Source: Candidatus Falkowbacteria bacterium (GTDB lineage Bacteria > Patescibacteriota > Patescibacteriia > UBA11705 > JACRDX01). From it: DNA of 64,000 nucleotides. A program made the position numbers and the translations under genes. The stretch is taken from NCBI GenBank assembly GCA_043798985.1, contig JAZDOE010000018.1, forward strand, positions 8,057-72,056. Reading direction: 5' to 3'. Position 1 is the stretch's first letter. Every line of letters begins with the position of its first letter. Under the pieces are notes generated by a model, which saw nothing but the letters and a program-made list of their open reading frames with translations, made no database searches and was not told where the DNA came from. Positions 48,013 to 57,068 of this stretch are shown here, in pieces.

Positions 48013-49308
48013 ATGAAAAAAATCCTGTGTTTGATTCTACGATTTTTCGCGAAGTGCGTTATTCATAAATACGCGCCGGTTGTTATTGGCATTACAGGCA
48101 GTGTTGGTAAAACTTCAACAAAAGAGGCGATTTTTACTGTTTTGCGAAAAAAATGTCCCAACCTTAGACAAAATATAAAAAATTATAACAATGAAATCGG
48201 CTTGCCGCTTACGATCATTGGCGCTGACACCGGCAATGCAAATCCAATCGCGTGGCTAAGGGTTTTTGCTAAGGCAATCGGGTTGTTGTTAAAATTTGAC
48301 GTGAATTATCCGACAATTTTAATTTTGGAAATGGGAGCTGATAAACCAAATGACATTGAATATTTAATAAAGATCGCGCCGTGCCAAATCGGGGTGTTAA
48401 CAAAAATCGGCACGGCGCACATTGAGTTTTTTGGTTCAATTGAAAAAATCGCTGAAGAAAAACAAAAAATAATTTCTCATTTGGATTCAAGCGGTTTTGC
48501 AATTGTAAATTTTGATGACGCGCGCGCACAAAAGGCATTGAAAAACACAAGCGCCCAAATAATCACTTTTGGAATCAACGAGGGCGCTGACGTGCGCGCG
48601 CTGGAATCAACAATGCAGAACTCTGCCTCATCGGCAGACAAGAACTGCAACTTGGGTTTAAGTTTCAAATTGAATTATAAAGGTTCAAGCGTTCCTGCTT
48701 TTTTGCCAAACATTATTGGCGCGCATCAAATTTACCCGGCGCTCGCCGCGACTGGCGTCGGGCTCGCGCTTGGAATGAACCTCATTGAAATTTCCGAAGC
48801 TTTGCGTAATTATTTGCCGCCAAAGGGTCGGATGAATTTGATAGAAGGAATCAACGATTCAACAATCATTGATGACACTTATAATTCGTCGCCAGAAGCC
48901 GCGATTTCGGCGATTGAAACTCTCGCGCAAATGAAGTTCAACGGAACTGGTCGCAAAATCGCCGCGCTTGGCGACATGTTGGAGCTTGGCGATTCAACTG
49001 AAAAAAGTCATTATGACATTGGCAAATTTTGCGCCGAACAAAAAATTGATGTTTTGATTTGTTCCGGAAAATTCGCGGAAATGACAAAACGCGGAGCAGT
49101 AGAGCATGGCCTGGAATTGGGTCAAGTGTTCGTTGTGGATAACTCTGTTGCTACTGGACAATTGCTAAAAAACATGATAAAAAATGATGACATTGTATTG
49201 ATAAAAGGTTCGCAAGGAAGCCGCATGGAAAAAGCTGTAAAGGCTGTCATGTTAGCACCGGAAAAAGCAGGAAAATTGCTGGTTCGGCAAGAATCAGGCT
49301 GGTTGTAA
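48013..49308 (+). CDS. murF: UDP-N-acetylmuramoyl-tripeptide--D-alanyl-D-alanine ligase
   Basis: VVIGITGSVGKTSTKE P-loop. DDTYNSSPEAAISAIETL...GRKIAALGDMLELGD is the MurF C-terminal motif. Short N-terminal region. Confidence 0.8.
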   Translation: MKKILCLILRFFAKCVIHKYAPVVIGITGSVGKTSTKEAIFTVLRKKCPNLRQNIKNYNNEIGLPLTIIGADTGNANPIAWLRVFAKAIGLLLKFDVNYPTILILEMGADKPNDIEYLIKIAPCQIGVLTKIGTAHIEFFGSIEKIAEEKQKIISHLDSSGFAIVNFDDARAQKALKNTSAQIITFGINEGADVRALESTMQNSASSADKNCNLGLSFKLNYKGSSVPAFLPNIIGAHQIYPALAATGVGLALGMNLIEISEALRNYLPPKGRMNLIEGINDSTIIDDTYNSSPEAAISAIETLAQMKFNGTGRKIAALGDMLELGDSTEKSHYDIGKFCAEQKIDVLICSGKFAEMTKRGAVEHGLELGQVFVVDNSVATGQLLKNMIKNDDIVLIKGSQGSRMEKAVKAVMLAPEKAGKLLVRQESGWL

Positions 49309-49319
49309 AAATTAAACGC

Positions 49320-49394
49320 GCCGGGTTCGTCTAGTGGTTAGGACATTAGGTTCTCAACCTAAGAACACGGGTTCGATTCCCGTACCCGGTACCA
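49320..49394 (+). tRNA. trnE: tRNA-Glu (anticodon CTC)
   Basis: Manual cloverleaf. Acceptor GCCGGGT/ACCCGGT. D-stem GTCT/GGAC. Anticodon stem TTAGG/CCTAA with loop TTCTCAA. T-arm ACGGG-TTCGATT-CCCGT. Discriminator A followed by an encoded CCA. Confidence 0.85.
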
Positions 49395-49403
49395 AATGGG
49401 TTC

Positions 49404-49434
49404 TCGCCCTTCGGGCGACCACCCGCAGGGTGGG
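49404..49434 (+). other. Two tandem GC-rich hairpins immediately 3' of tRNA-Glu
   Basis: TCGCCC-TTC-GGGCGA (49404-49418) and CCACCC-GCA-GGGTGG (49419-49433). The same GC-hairpin style as the intragenic palindromes. Confidence 0.5.
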
Positions 49435-49460
49435 ACACCCCTTGGCGGTACCAAAAATAC

Positions 49461-49485
49461 AGAAATCTCATCGGTTTCTTTTTTT
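49461..49485 (+). terminator. Rho-independent terminator downstream of tRNA-Glu
   Basis: AGAAATC-TCATC-GGTTTCT stem followed by TTTTTT. Confidence 0.45.
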
Positions 49486-49575
49486 GTTAGTTTAGGCTAA
49501 TTTTGCTTATTTTTTTATTAAGCTTGCTATATTTTTATAATTATGCTAAGTTGAATTGTTCTTCACTAGAACTGT

Positions 49576-49594
49576 TGTTTGGATATTCCAAACA
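49576..49594. promoter_or_regulatory. Palindromic operator-like site TGTTTGGA-TAT-TCCAAACA upstream of the first island gene
   Basis: Perfect 8-bp inverted repeat, 34-52 nt upstream of the ATG at 49628, which has an AGGGGG RBS. Confidence 0.35.
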
Positions 49595-49627
49595 GCAAAA
49601 GCTCTTTTGACAGCAAGGGGGATAGAG

Positions 49628-50164
49628 ATGGAAAAGCTTGACTTCACGCAAGTCGAAATCGGCCACTGGTCAGTGAAAGTGGATCTTGATGTTGCAATGG
49701 CTCACTTCGCATTTCTCACCGAGACTTTGCAGTGGGTGCAAAAACACGGACAGGAGATGATAGCAAGGCTGGCGAATCTCAGCTATGAAGAGTGGATAGC
49801 GCTTCTTGAGAAGGCCGTTTATCTGTGGCGAGACATTCCCAGATCACGTTCTGTCAGTGCGTTTTTCGTCGCAGTTATTGAGCGAGGCATCACTGACTTG
49901 ATTCCTCTCGCAGTTTCTAAGAATAACGAAGCGCTGGCAACAGCGTGGTTCCACTCGATTGCTTATCAGCTTCAACCAGGTGCGAGACTTGGCATCGGAG
50001 CAGATACTTGCGGCGATGATAAGAGTCGGGAGCTCATTGAGCGCCTTGCTCGCGTCGCGCAAATACTCACGGCCGAACATCTCCTTGAAAGCTTGTCATC
50101 AAGTCGTTGCCCCGGAGATAGTTCTGCGCAGAAGCTTTTTGTCAAGCACTTCACGAATTGGTAG
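49628..50164 (+). CDS. Hypothetical protein encoded in the GC-rich insert
   Basis: ORF with a strong RBS (AAGGGGGATAGAG-ATG). GC about 50-55%, against about 35% for the flanks. No recognisable motif. Confidence 0.4.
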   Translation: MEKLDFTQVEIGHWSVKVDLDVAMAHFAFLTETLQWVQKHGQEMIARLANLSYEEWIALLEKAVYLWRDIPRSRSVSAFFVAVIERGITDLIPLAVSKNNEALATAWFHSIAYQLQPGARLGIGADTCGDDKSRELIERLARVAQILTAEHLLESLSSSRCPGDSSAQKLFVKHFTNW

Positions 50165-50189
50165 TTGACTCGCTAACGCGCAATTCTAA

Positions 50190-50227
50190 CCCCTTGCGGA
50201 CAAACCGTCTGCGAGGGGATTTTTTTG
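50190..50227 (+). terminator. Rho-independent terminator
   Basis: CCCCTTGCGGAC-AAACC-GTCTGCGAGGGG (12-bp stem including two G-U pairs) followed by ATTTTTTT. Confidence 0.55.
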
Positions 50228-50332
50228 GTTATTGACTTTTAATAAAAAACGTGCAAATATTATTACAGATTCAGCGGAAATACCGCGGAACCTTAACAAC
50301 CTCAGATTGTCCCATGGGGACAGGAGGGTCGC

Positions 50333-51097
50333 ATGAGAAAGGATGGAGCGTTCAGGGCATTGCTTGACTTTGCCAGAGAGAACCCTGATTGTCTTAGCAA
50401 TCAAGTCGATGAAATGGCCGAGGCAATCATCATTGCGCTTGCTGATGGAGGAATGCATCCTCGCCAGCTTTTCGCTCGCGTATTGAATTCTACTGATCCG
50501 AACTTTCTTTTCGCTGTCGTGTACAACAAACTGGCGCAAGACGAAGCCAAACGGCTGGAACTTCTTGACGCGGTAGTGACCGCAGATGAAATGATTTGGC
50601 ACGACGCAATTCTCAACGCCAAAACCGTGGCAAACAAGTTCGCGCGCGCGGAAGACTTTGAACACCTGCTCAAAAATCACCGCGACGCGCTCTTGTATCA
50701 GCGCGACGAACGTCCGTTGTTCTTGTTTGTTCCCTCCGATGAATACTGGCGCAAACGTGTGCGGTGGTACATTGCGAAGAGAGATTGGCGGCGCGCGTGG
50801 GACGAATTCCGCAAGGCGCGCCGCGGATTTTTCAACGGACCGAAAGAAGAAGCCCCGCGGTTTGGGAAGATTGACATGACGTGGTATTGCTACGAAGCTT
50901 CGAAGGAGACGCTTGTCGCACTGATACGCGAGCTTTTCAATGGCATGGTCTCTCGTGGCGTCTTTGCGAAGCTCATCGATTCAGAGTGCGTCCCCAGCGT
51001 TGAAGGTGCGATGGCTATCAAGCTTACCGAATACTTCCGCGAACAGCGCAACGCGCAGCGCCGGAAGAAGTGGGACGTAGCGCGGCGCAAGGTGTAG
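50333..51097 (+). CDS. Hypothetical Arg/Ala-rich protein encoded in the GC-rich insert
   Basis: 254-aa ORF with a GGAGGG RBS and high GC. The overlapping minus-strand 164-aa ORF is judged an antisense artefact. Confidence 0.45.
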   Translation: MRKDGAFRALLDFARENPDCLSNQVDEMAEAIIIALADGGMHPRQLFARVLNSTDPNFLFAVVYNKLAQDEAKRLELLDAVVTADEMIWHDAILNAKTVANKFARAEDFEHLLKNHRDALLYQRDERPLFLFVPSDEYWRKRVRWYIAKRDWRRAWDEFRKARRGFFNGPKEEAPRFGKIDMTWYCYEASKETLVALIRELFNGMVSRGVFAKLIDSECVPSVEGAMAIKLTEYFREQRNAQRRKKWDVARRKV

Positions 51098-51120
51098 TCC
51101 GCGGACTGTGACCAACAAGG

Positions 51121-51148
51121 AGAGAGCTAAAAGTTCTCTCCGTTTTTT
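51121..51148 (+). terminator. Rho-independent terminator closing the GC-rich insert
   Basis: GGAGAGA-GCTAAAAGT-TCTCTCC followed by GTTTTTTTT. Confidence 0.6.
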
Positions 51149-51206
51149 TTAACAAACATTAACATTTCATTTTGGGGATAGTTGTGATATTATATGTCTA
51201 TAAAAT

Positions 51207-52355
51207 ATGAAAATAGCAATCAATCTTACGCGAGAAAGCGTTGGTGGCATCACATGGTCTAACATTAATTTGATTAACCATTTGTATGGTTTGGATTACG
51301 AATTCGTTGGTTTGGAATTAAACGGCAGGATGTACATGAAAGGTCCGTCTCTGTTTAGAAATTTTTCGCCTGAAATTTTTGAACATCATATTATTAACAT
51401 TCATCACTTACCGCTGATTGGCATTTTAGACAAAGCCAAAAATATTAAAGACGTTGAAGCCGCCTATAAAGAGCCGATAAAAATTATCAGGAATGTTTTG
51501 AGAGAAACAAAACCAGACATCATTTTATTAAGCGGCACATACTATATTCCTTGGCTCATATCAATAGCCGCAAAACTGGAAAAAATCCCTGTTGTATTGT
51601 GGTATTCCGGAGTCCTATCCAGAGAAACTGAAAGCCAGCCCGATCACAGAAAAAGGCTTTTCTCTGCAATGGAAAAAAGCCTTGCGTCTCGGGTGGCCAG
51701 AATTGTTTTCCCCTCACGACTCTGCAAAGATGTCGTAGAAAAGGAAGTTGTGAAACACAAAATCAAAAACAGTTACATTATACCAAACCCGGTTTCAAGC
51801 ATTTTTACAGAACATTGCGCCGTAGAATATTCGCTTGTGCGCAGAATCGCGGCGGTTGGCCGTTATTCAAAGGTAAAAAATTTTGATTCATTTTTCGCGT
51901 TGCACAAAGAACTTTTGCGACGCAAATGGCGGCATAGCGCCTGTTTCGTCACCAATCCTGATGCGCGCATTAAAAAACTTCCAAAGGCAATTGAAGTTCT
52001 TCCGCCAATGACCCCTGATGGTTTAAAAAAATTTTATATTTCTCAAGGTTTAATAGTTTGTCCATCAACATTTGAAACTTTCGGGAATGTTCCGATGGAA
52101 GCCGCTTGTCTCGGCGTTCCAGTATTGGTGAGCGACAAAATGGGCTGCGCGGAAATACTAAAAAAAGTTGGTCTTGAAAACATGGTAATATCATTTGATG
52201 ATATTGGCAAAGTGGCTGACCGCGCGCAACAGTTATGCGGTCAATCAATACTGCCCCAACAATTAAATGCGCTTAAAAGAATCTTAGATAACCATTTAAT
52301 AAGCGAAGAAATTAATGCTGTACTGCTCAATGTAATCAAGCGCTCCGTGAATTGA
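51207..52355 (+). CDS. Glycosyltransferase family 1 (GT4)
   Basis: C-terminal FETFGNVPMEAACLGVPVLVSD. The N-terminal half is GT4-like. Confidence 0.6.
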   Translation: MKIAINLTRESVGGITWSNINLINHLYGLDYEFVGLELNGRMYMKGPSLFRNFSPEIFEHHIINIHHLPLIGILDKAKNIKDVEAAYKEPIKIIRNVLRETKPDIILLSGTYYIPWLISIAAKLEKIPVVLWYSGVLSRETESQPDHRKRLFSAMEKSLASRVARIVFPSRLCKDVVEKEVVKHKIKNSYIIPNPVSSIFTEHCAVEYSLVRRIAAVGRYSKVKNFDSFFALHKELLRRKWRHSACFVTNPDARIKKLPKAIEVLPPMTPDGLKKFYISQGLIVCPSTFETFGNVPMEAACLGVPVLVSDKMGCAEILKKVGLENMVISFDDIGKVADRAQQLCGQSILPQQLNALKRILDNHLISEEINAVLLNVIKRSVN

Positions 52356-52621
52356 CTTTGCGTTGTTAGCGCGCTATACTGAACTAAGATAAATAACTAA
52401 AATTTATGTTTGGATTTTTTGAAAAACAAGCTACTGAAAAGGCGGGGTTCACGAGTCAAGAAAGCGCAAGATTAAAAGAGAGTTGTAAAACGCCAGAGCA
52501 AACAACTACTGCCGAACTTTTTGGCGCAAGCTCCGAGTTCCTAGAGAAACGCTTACGCGCTTAATTTAATATTTGCAGATTCGTAACATTTGTAAGATTC
52601 GTAGGTTCGTAGCCATAACTT

Positions 52622-52897
52622 ATGACAAAAATTGAACAAATTGACATTATAATCGCGAAACTTGATGTTGATATAAAAGATGAATCAAAAACACTGATGG
52701 CTGATTTTTTTCGGTCAATTCAGGACCAGCCGCTTTTTGACAAAATGGTTGACCTGCTCAACCGATTCCCGTCGGTTTTAGATAATTTTGCCAAATGTTT
52801 TCAGGATAAAATCGGGTTTTTCAAAAGCAATGGCGCTGATACTGATTGGCAAAAAATCATTGATGTTGAAAAACAAGCGATAGAGAATATTCAATGA
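52622..52897 (+). CDS. Hypothetical protein
   Basis: 91-aa ORF with no motif. Confidence 0.3.
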   Translation: MTKIEQIDIIIAKLDVDIKDESKTLMADFFRSIQDQPLFDKMVDLLNRFPSVLDNFAKCFQDKIGFFKSNGADTDWQKIIDVEKQAIENIQ

Positions 52898-52928
52898 ATT
52901 GAGTGGGTTGTTTATCTCGCTATCATTT

Positions 52929-52968
52929 ACCCACCAAAAGCTTACGCATTTAGGTGGGTTGTTTTTTT
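52929..52968 (+). terminator. Putative terminator upstream of lexA
   Basis: ACCCACC...GGTGGGT stem (17-nt loop) followed by TGTTTTTTT. Confidence 0.4.
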
Positions 52969-53039
52969 ACTTAGAAAAACAAAGTTATCCACACTTGCTG
53001 TTCTTGTTCGCTTTTTGTTCGGTGGTATAATAGTAATAT

Positions 53040-53651
53040 ATGAATAAAGCTATCCTAACAAAAAGACAGGCCGAACTGTTGAACTTCGTCAAAACTTTTC
53101 AGAAAGATTATGGTTATTCACCGAGCTACCGCGAAATCGGACAAGGACTTGGATTAAAATCAACCGCGACTGTTGCCGGTCATTTGCAAACCTTAAAAAA
53201 GAAGGCGTATTTGAAATTTTTTGAAAATGAAAATCGCTCTATTGAACTGACGCACAAATCGTTCTGCCTCGGTAAAACCATGGACTTACCGCTTGTGGGG
53301 CTAATCACTGCTGGCGAGCCGATTGAGGCCATAGAAGATAGGGAGATGTTTGCTGTGCCAGCGGCATTGATTCGGGACGAAAACAGCTTTGTTTTGAAGG
53401 TAAAGGGCAGTTCAATGATTGATGAGGGGATTTGGGATGGCGATTATGTTGTGGTTGAGCGAAATCACTACCCTAAAAATGGTGATATTGTCGTCGCTTT
53501 ATTGAGCAATGCTTATGCCACGCTTAAAAAATTCTATCGCGAAAAAAACGCGATAAGACTTCAGCCGGCAAATCCGCTAATGCAACCAATTTATTGCAAA
53601 GACGTTGCAATCCGCGGAATTGTCCGCGCAATCATCAGAAAATTCGCGTAA
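53040..53651 (+). CDS. lexA: LexA repressor (S24 peptidase)
   Basis: N-terminal wHTH (YSPSYREIGQGLGLKSTATVAGHL). Catalytic Ser in GSSM, and Lys in ATLKKF. Confidence 0.85.
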   Translation: MNKAILTKRQAELLNFVKTFQKDYGYSPSYREIGQGLGLKSTATVAGHLQTLKKKAYLKFFENENRSIELTHKSFCLGKTMDLPLVGLITAGEPIEAIEDREMFAVPAALIRDENSFVLKVKGSSMIDEGIWDGDYVVVERNHYPKNGDIVVALLSNAYATLKKFYREKNAIRLQPANPLMQPIYCKDVAIRGIVRAIIRKFA

Positions 53652-53702
53652 ACTTATTTTATTTGCGGCGATGTTGTAAATTTGTTATACTGGCATAACA
53701 AC

Positions 53703-54865
53703 ATGGCACTAATATCCATTGAAAAAATGCCAGATTTGAATAGCCGAATTGTTTTAGTTCGCTGCGATTTTAATATCAACCTAACTGCTAAAAAACAACT
53801 ATTGGACACGACAAAAATAATTCGCAGCTACAAAACAATAAATTATTTATTGAACAAAGGCGCGAAAGTTGTTATCATTTCGCACCTTGGCAGACCAACG
53901 CGAAAAGATGCAAAGCTTTCGTTGCGGCCGATTTATAATTTTCTTAAAAAAGATTTTCCAACGGCAAGGTTTATTGAACGATCTGTTTTAACAATCAGCG
54001 AAAAACCTGTAAATGGCGATTTATTTTTGCTGGAAAACATTCGTTTTTACAAAGGCGAATGGAAAATGACGCAAAATTCGCGAAGCATCTTGCCACATTG
54101 GCGGATTTTTACGTGAATGAAGCATTTAGCGCGTCGCACAGAAAACACGCTTCGCTCGCGGCAATCACAAAATATCTAAAACCATTTCATGGTTTTAATT
54201 TTATTGAAGAAGTTTCAACGTTAAAAAATCTGAAAATTAAAAAGCCAGCGCTGCTCATTCTCGGCGGGCTGAAAGTTGATGACAAATTGCCAATGATAGA
54301 AAAATTGGCGCCAAAATTTTCAAATATTTTACTTGCTGGTGGATGCTCGTTTTTATTTTATAAAAAATTAGGAATTAACGTTGGCGCATCCAAAATTGAT
54401 AAAGCAGCGCTGGCCTGCCTCGCCGGCGGGCAGGCTTCAACGTCGCTGCGACGTTTGTTAAAAAATAAAAAGATATTATTGCCGATTGATTTGATTGTCG
54501 CGAACGCGAAGACGCTGAAGAAGGCTAGGAATGTAGCTTGTAGCAGGGTAGGTTGTGGGATAGAAAAAGGTGAAGCGATTTTTGATGTTGGCCCTCGCAC
54601 AATTTTAAAATGGTCAGAACTTATAAAAAAAGCGCGGACAATAATCTGGCTCGGGCCAGTTGGTTATGTTGATCACAAACAATTCAGTCACGCGAGCGCG
54701 ATGCTGGCGAAAATTATTGGCAGCCGCGCGAGCGGACGAGCCGTTGGAATCGTTGGCGGCGGAGAAACATTGTATTCGGTGAACAAATCCGGCATGGCAA
54801 AATATTTTGATTACATTTCAACCGGCGGCGGCGCTACTTTAAAATTTTTGAGTGAAAAGGAGTGA
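53703..54865 (+). CDS. pgk: Phosphoglycerate kinase, split into two ORFs by an apparent -1 frameshift at about 54059-54062
   Basis: ORF 53682-54116 carries VLVRCDFN, ISHLGRP and LLENIRFYKGE. ORF 54059-54865 carries MENDAKFAKHLATLADFYVNEAFSASHR and GGLKVDDKL. Joining them with a -1 shift restores a collinear Pgk. Confidence 0.75.
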
Positions 54866-54877
54866 GACAATTCTGTC

Positions 54878-54975
54878 ATTTCGACCCTGTTTAGCGGGGG
54901 AGAAATCCCTCGTAAAAGGCATTTGCCAAGGGATTCCTCACCCTTTCCAAGGGTTCGGAATGACATCAACGCATC
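54878..54975. repeat. GC-rich structured element with about 13-bp terminal inverted repeats (MITE-like or small structured RNA)
   Basis: GTCATTTCGACCC at 54878-54890 pairs with GGGTTCGGAATGAC at 54958-54971. These flank internal hairpins (GGGGGAGAAATCCCTC, and CCCTT-TCC-AAGGG). The element is intergenic and its GC is far above local background. Confidence 0.3.
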
Positions 54976-55017
54976 CTTAACAAAAACCAACCATTAAACA
55001 ATAAAATTTTAAAACGT

Positions 55018-55806
55018 ATGTGTGAAACAAACAACTCAACTTGCTCATGCAAAATGTGGGCGCACAGAATAGGGAGCATTATTTTGGCGGTTTTGGCGAT
55101 TTGTTTATCATTATTTTTGATATTACAAGCGCGCAATTTAATAAAAGCTTACAATTACATTGGCAAATCCGAACAAACTCCAAACGTGGTGACCATCAGC
55201 GCAGAAGGCAAAGTGACGGCCGTTCCAAATGTCGCGACAGTTCAAATCAGCACAACCACAACAAGGGTGACAGTTGCTGACGCGCAAGCTGAAAACACGA
55301 AAAAGATGAATGACCTGATCGCAGGCGTTAAAAAAGAAGGAGTTGCTGACAAAGACATAAAAACAAGCGACTATTCAATTTATCCGCAATATGACTGGAA
55401 TGGCAACAAAAATGTTTTGTCCGGATATACTGTTAATCAAACATTGACTTTGAAAATCAGAGACACGAAAAAAATAAACGCGATCTTAAAATTGGCTGGC
55501 GAAAAGGGCGCGAACAGCATTAGCAATTTGAATTTTGAAATTGATGATCAGGACGCGCTAAAAGAGCAAGCTCGTGAAAAAGCGATTGTGAACGCGAAAG
55601 CAAAAGCAGAGACACTGGCAAAATCTCTTGGCGTTAAATTGGATAAAATAATTTCGTTTTCAGAATCAACTGATATGCCGGTTTACATCGGCTATTCAAA
55701 ATACGCGGAAGGCGGTGGAATGGGCGGCGGGGGAGCATCACCAAACATTCAAACAGGTGAAAACGAAATCAAGGTTTTCGTGAATATCACGTACGAAATT
55801 TTATAA
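55018..55806 (+). CDS. SIMPL-domain (DUF541, BP26-like) protein
   Basis: N-terminal TM, then VTISAEGKVTAVPNVATVQIS...YTVNQTLTLKIRD, typical of SIMPL proteins. Confidence 0.6.
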   Translation: MCETNNSTCSCKMWAHRIGSIILAVLAICLSLFLILQARNLIKAYNYIGKSEQTPNVVTISAEGKVTAVPNVATVQISTTTTRVTVADAQAENTKKMNDLIAGVKKEGVADKDIKTSDYSIYPQYDWNGNKNVLSGYTVNQTLTLKIRDTKKINAILKLAGEKGANSISNLNFEIDDQDALKEQAREKAIVNAKAKAETLAKSLGVKLDKIISFSESTDMPVYIGYSKYAEGGGMGGGGASPNIQTGENEIKVFVNITYEIL

Positions 55807-55808
55807 AT

Positions 55809-57065
55809 ATGAAAATAGCGAAAATTTGGGCGCAGGAAATTTTAGATTCGCGCGGCAATCCGACTGTTGAAGCTTTTGTTAAACTTGAAAACAAAATGAT
55901 TGCCAGCGCGAGTGTGCCGTCCGGCGCGTCAACCGGCGTTCACGAAGCATTGGAATTGCGCGATAATGACAAAAAACGCTATGGCGGCAAAGGCGTTTTG
56001 ATTGCCGTGAAAAATATTGAAGAAAAAATCGCGCCGGAATTAAAAGGAATTAACGTCACACATCAGAGAACCGTTGACGCGCTCATGTTAAAATTGGACG
56101 CGACCAAAAACAAATCAAAATTAGGCGCCAACGCAATTCTAGCGGTTTCGCTAGCATGTTGTCGCGTTGGCGCGGCCAGCCTTAATTTGCCGCTATACAA
56201 ATATATCCGCGCGACCTATGGCTTAAAAGAGCGCGGATGGAAATTTCCAATTCCAACGATGAACATTATCAATGGCGGCAAACACGCGGACAATTCGCTT
56301 ACTGTTCAGGAATTTATGATTGCTCCGATTGCCAAAACTTTTACAAAAAGAATGCAAATCGGCGATGAGGTTTTTCAGACGTTGAAAAAATTATTGAAAG
56401 AAGCTGGCCAGCAAACATTGGTTGGCGACGAAGGCGGCTTTGCCCCTAACCTCAAGAAAAACGAGAATGCACTTGATTTTATTATCACAGCAATAAAATC
56501 AGCTGGTTACAAACCCGGTAAAGATGTTTTTTGCTGCGTTGATTTGGCGCTGTCTGAATATTTTGACAAAAAAACCAACAGCTACTCGTTAAACGACAAG
56601 TTAGGTAAAAAATTTATTTCCGCTGACGCTGTAATCAAAACAATTAGCGCGTGGACTAAAAAATATCCGATTTTGTCACTTGAAGATCCGCTCGCAGAAG
56701 ATGATTGGGACAATTGGCAAAAATTAACAAAAAAACTTGGCAAAAAAGTGACGCTGGTCGGCGACGATTTGTTTGTCACAAACACACAACGTTTACAAAA
56801 AGGCATTGACGCGAAAATCGCCAACGCGATTTTAATCAAACTCAATCAAATCGGCACGCTTTCTGAAACCATTGATGCCATTTATCTTGCGAAAAAGAAT
56901 AATTACAAAGTAAGCGTTTCGCATCGCTCTGGCGAAACGTGCGACACATTTATCGCAGATTTGGCGCTGGCAGTGAACGCTGATTTTATAAAAGCTGGCT
57001 CTTTGTCGCGCTCCGAAAGACTTTGCAAATATAACAGACTACTAGAAATAGAGAATGAATTATAA
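55809..57065 (+). CDS. eno: Enolase
   Basis: ILDSRGNPTVEA, SVPSGASTGVHEALELRD, IKLNQIGTLSETI. Confidence 0.9.
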   Translation: MKIAKIWAQEILDSRGNPTVEAFVKLENKMIASASVPSGASTGVHEALELRDNDKKRYGGKGVLIAVKNIEEKIAPELKGINVTHQRTVDALMLKLDATKNKSKLGANAILAVSLACCRVGAASLNLPLYKYIRATYGLKERGWKFPIPTMNIINGGKHADNSLTVQEFMIAPIAKTFTKRMQIGDEVFQTLKKLLKEAGQQTLVGDEGGFAPNLKKNENALDFIITAIKSAGYKPGKDVFCCVDLALSEYFDKKTNSYSLNDKLGKKFISADAVIKTISAWTKKYPILSLEDPLAEDDWDNWQKLTKKLGKKVTLVGDDLFVTNTQRLQKGIDAKIANAILIKLNQIGTLSETIDAIYLAKKNNYKVSVSHRSGETCDTFIADLALAVNADFIKAGSLSRSERLCKYNRLLEIENEL

Positions 57066-57068
57066 TTT

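Noticed and set aside
780-49308. Both Mur ligases (murE, murF) appear to have very short regions N-terminal to the P-loop compared with the E. coli enzymes.
   Set aside because: This may be genuine domain reduction. It cannot be evaluated without alignments, and start-codon choice is constrained only by the upstream tRNA and stop codon, so it is not reported as a finding.
52406-52564. 52-aa ORF (MFGFFEKQATEKAGFTSQESARLKESCKTPEQTT...) in the GT1-lexA spacer.
   Set aside because: It is below the usual size threshold. It has no motif, no clear RBS, and no comparative support available. Left uncalled.
54040-54120. Programmed ribosomal frameshift in pgk.
   Set aside because: There is no canonical X-XXY-YYZ slippery heptamer at the overlap, and no obvious stimulatory structure. 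A sequencing indel or a pseudogene is more parsimonious.
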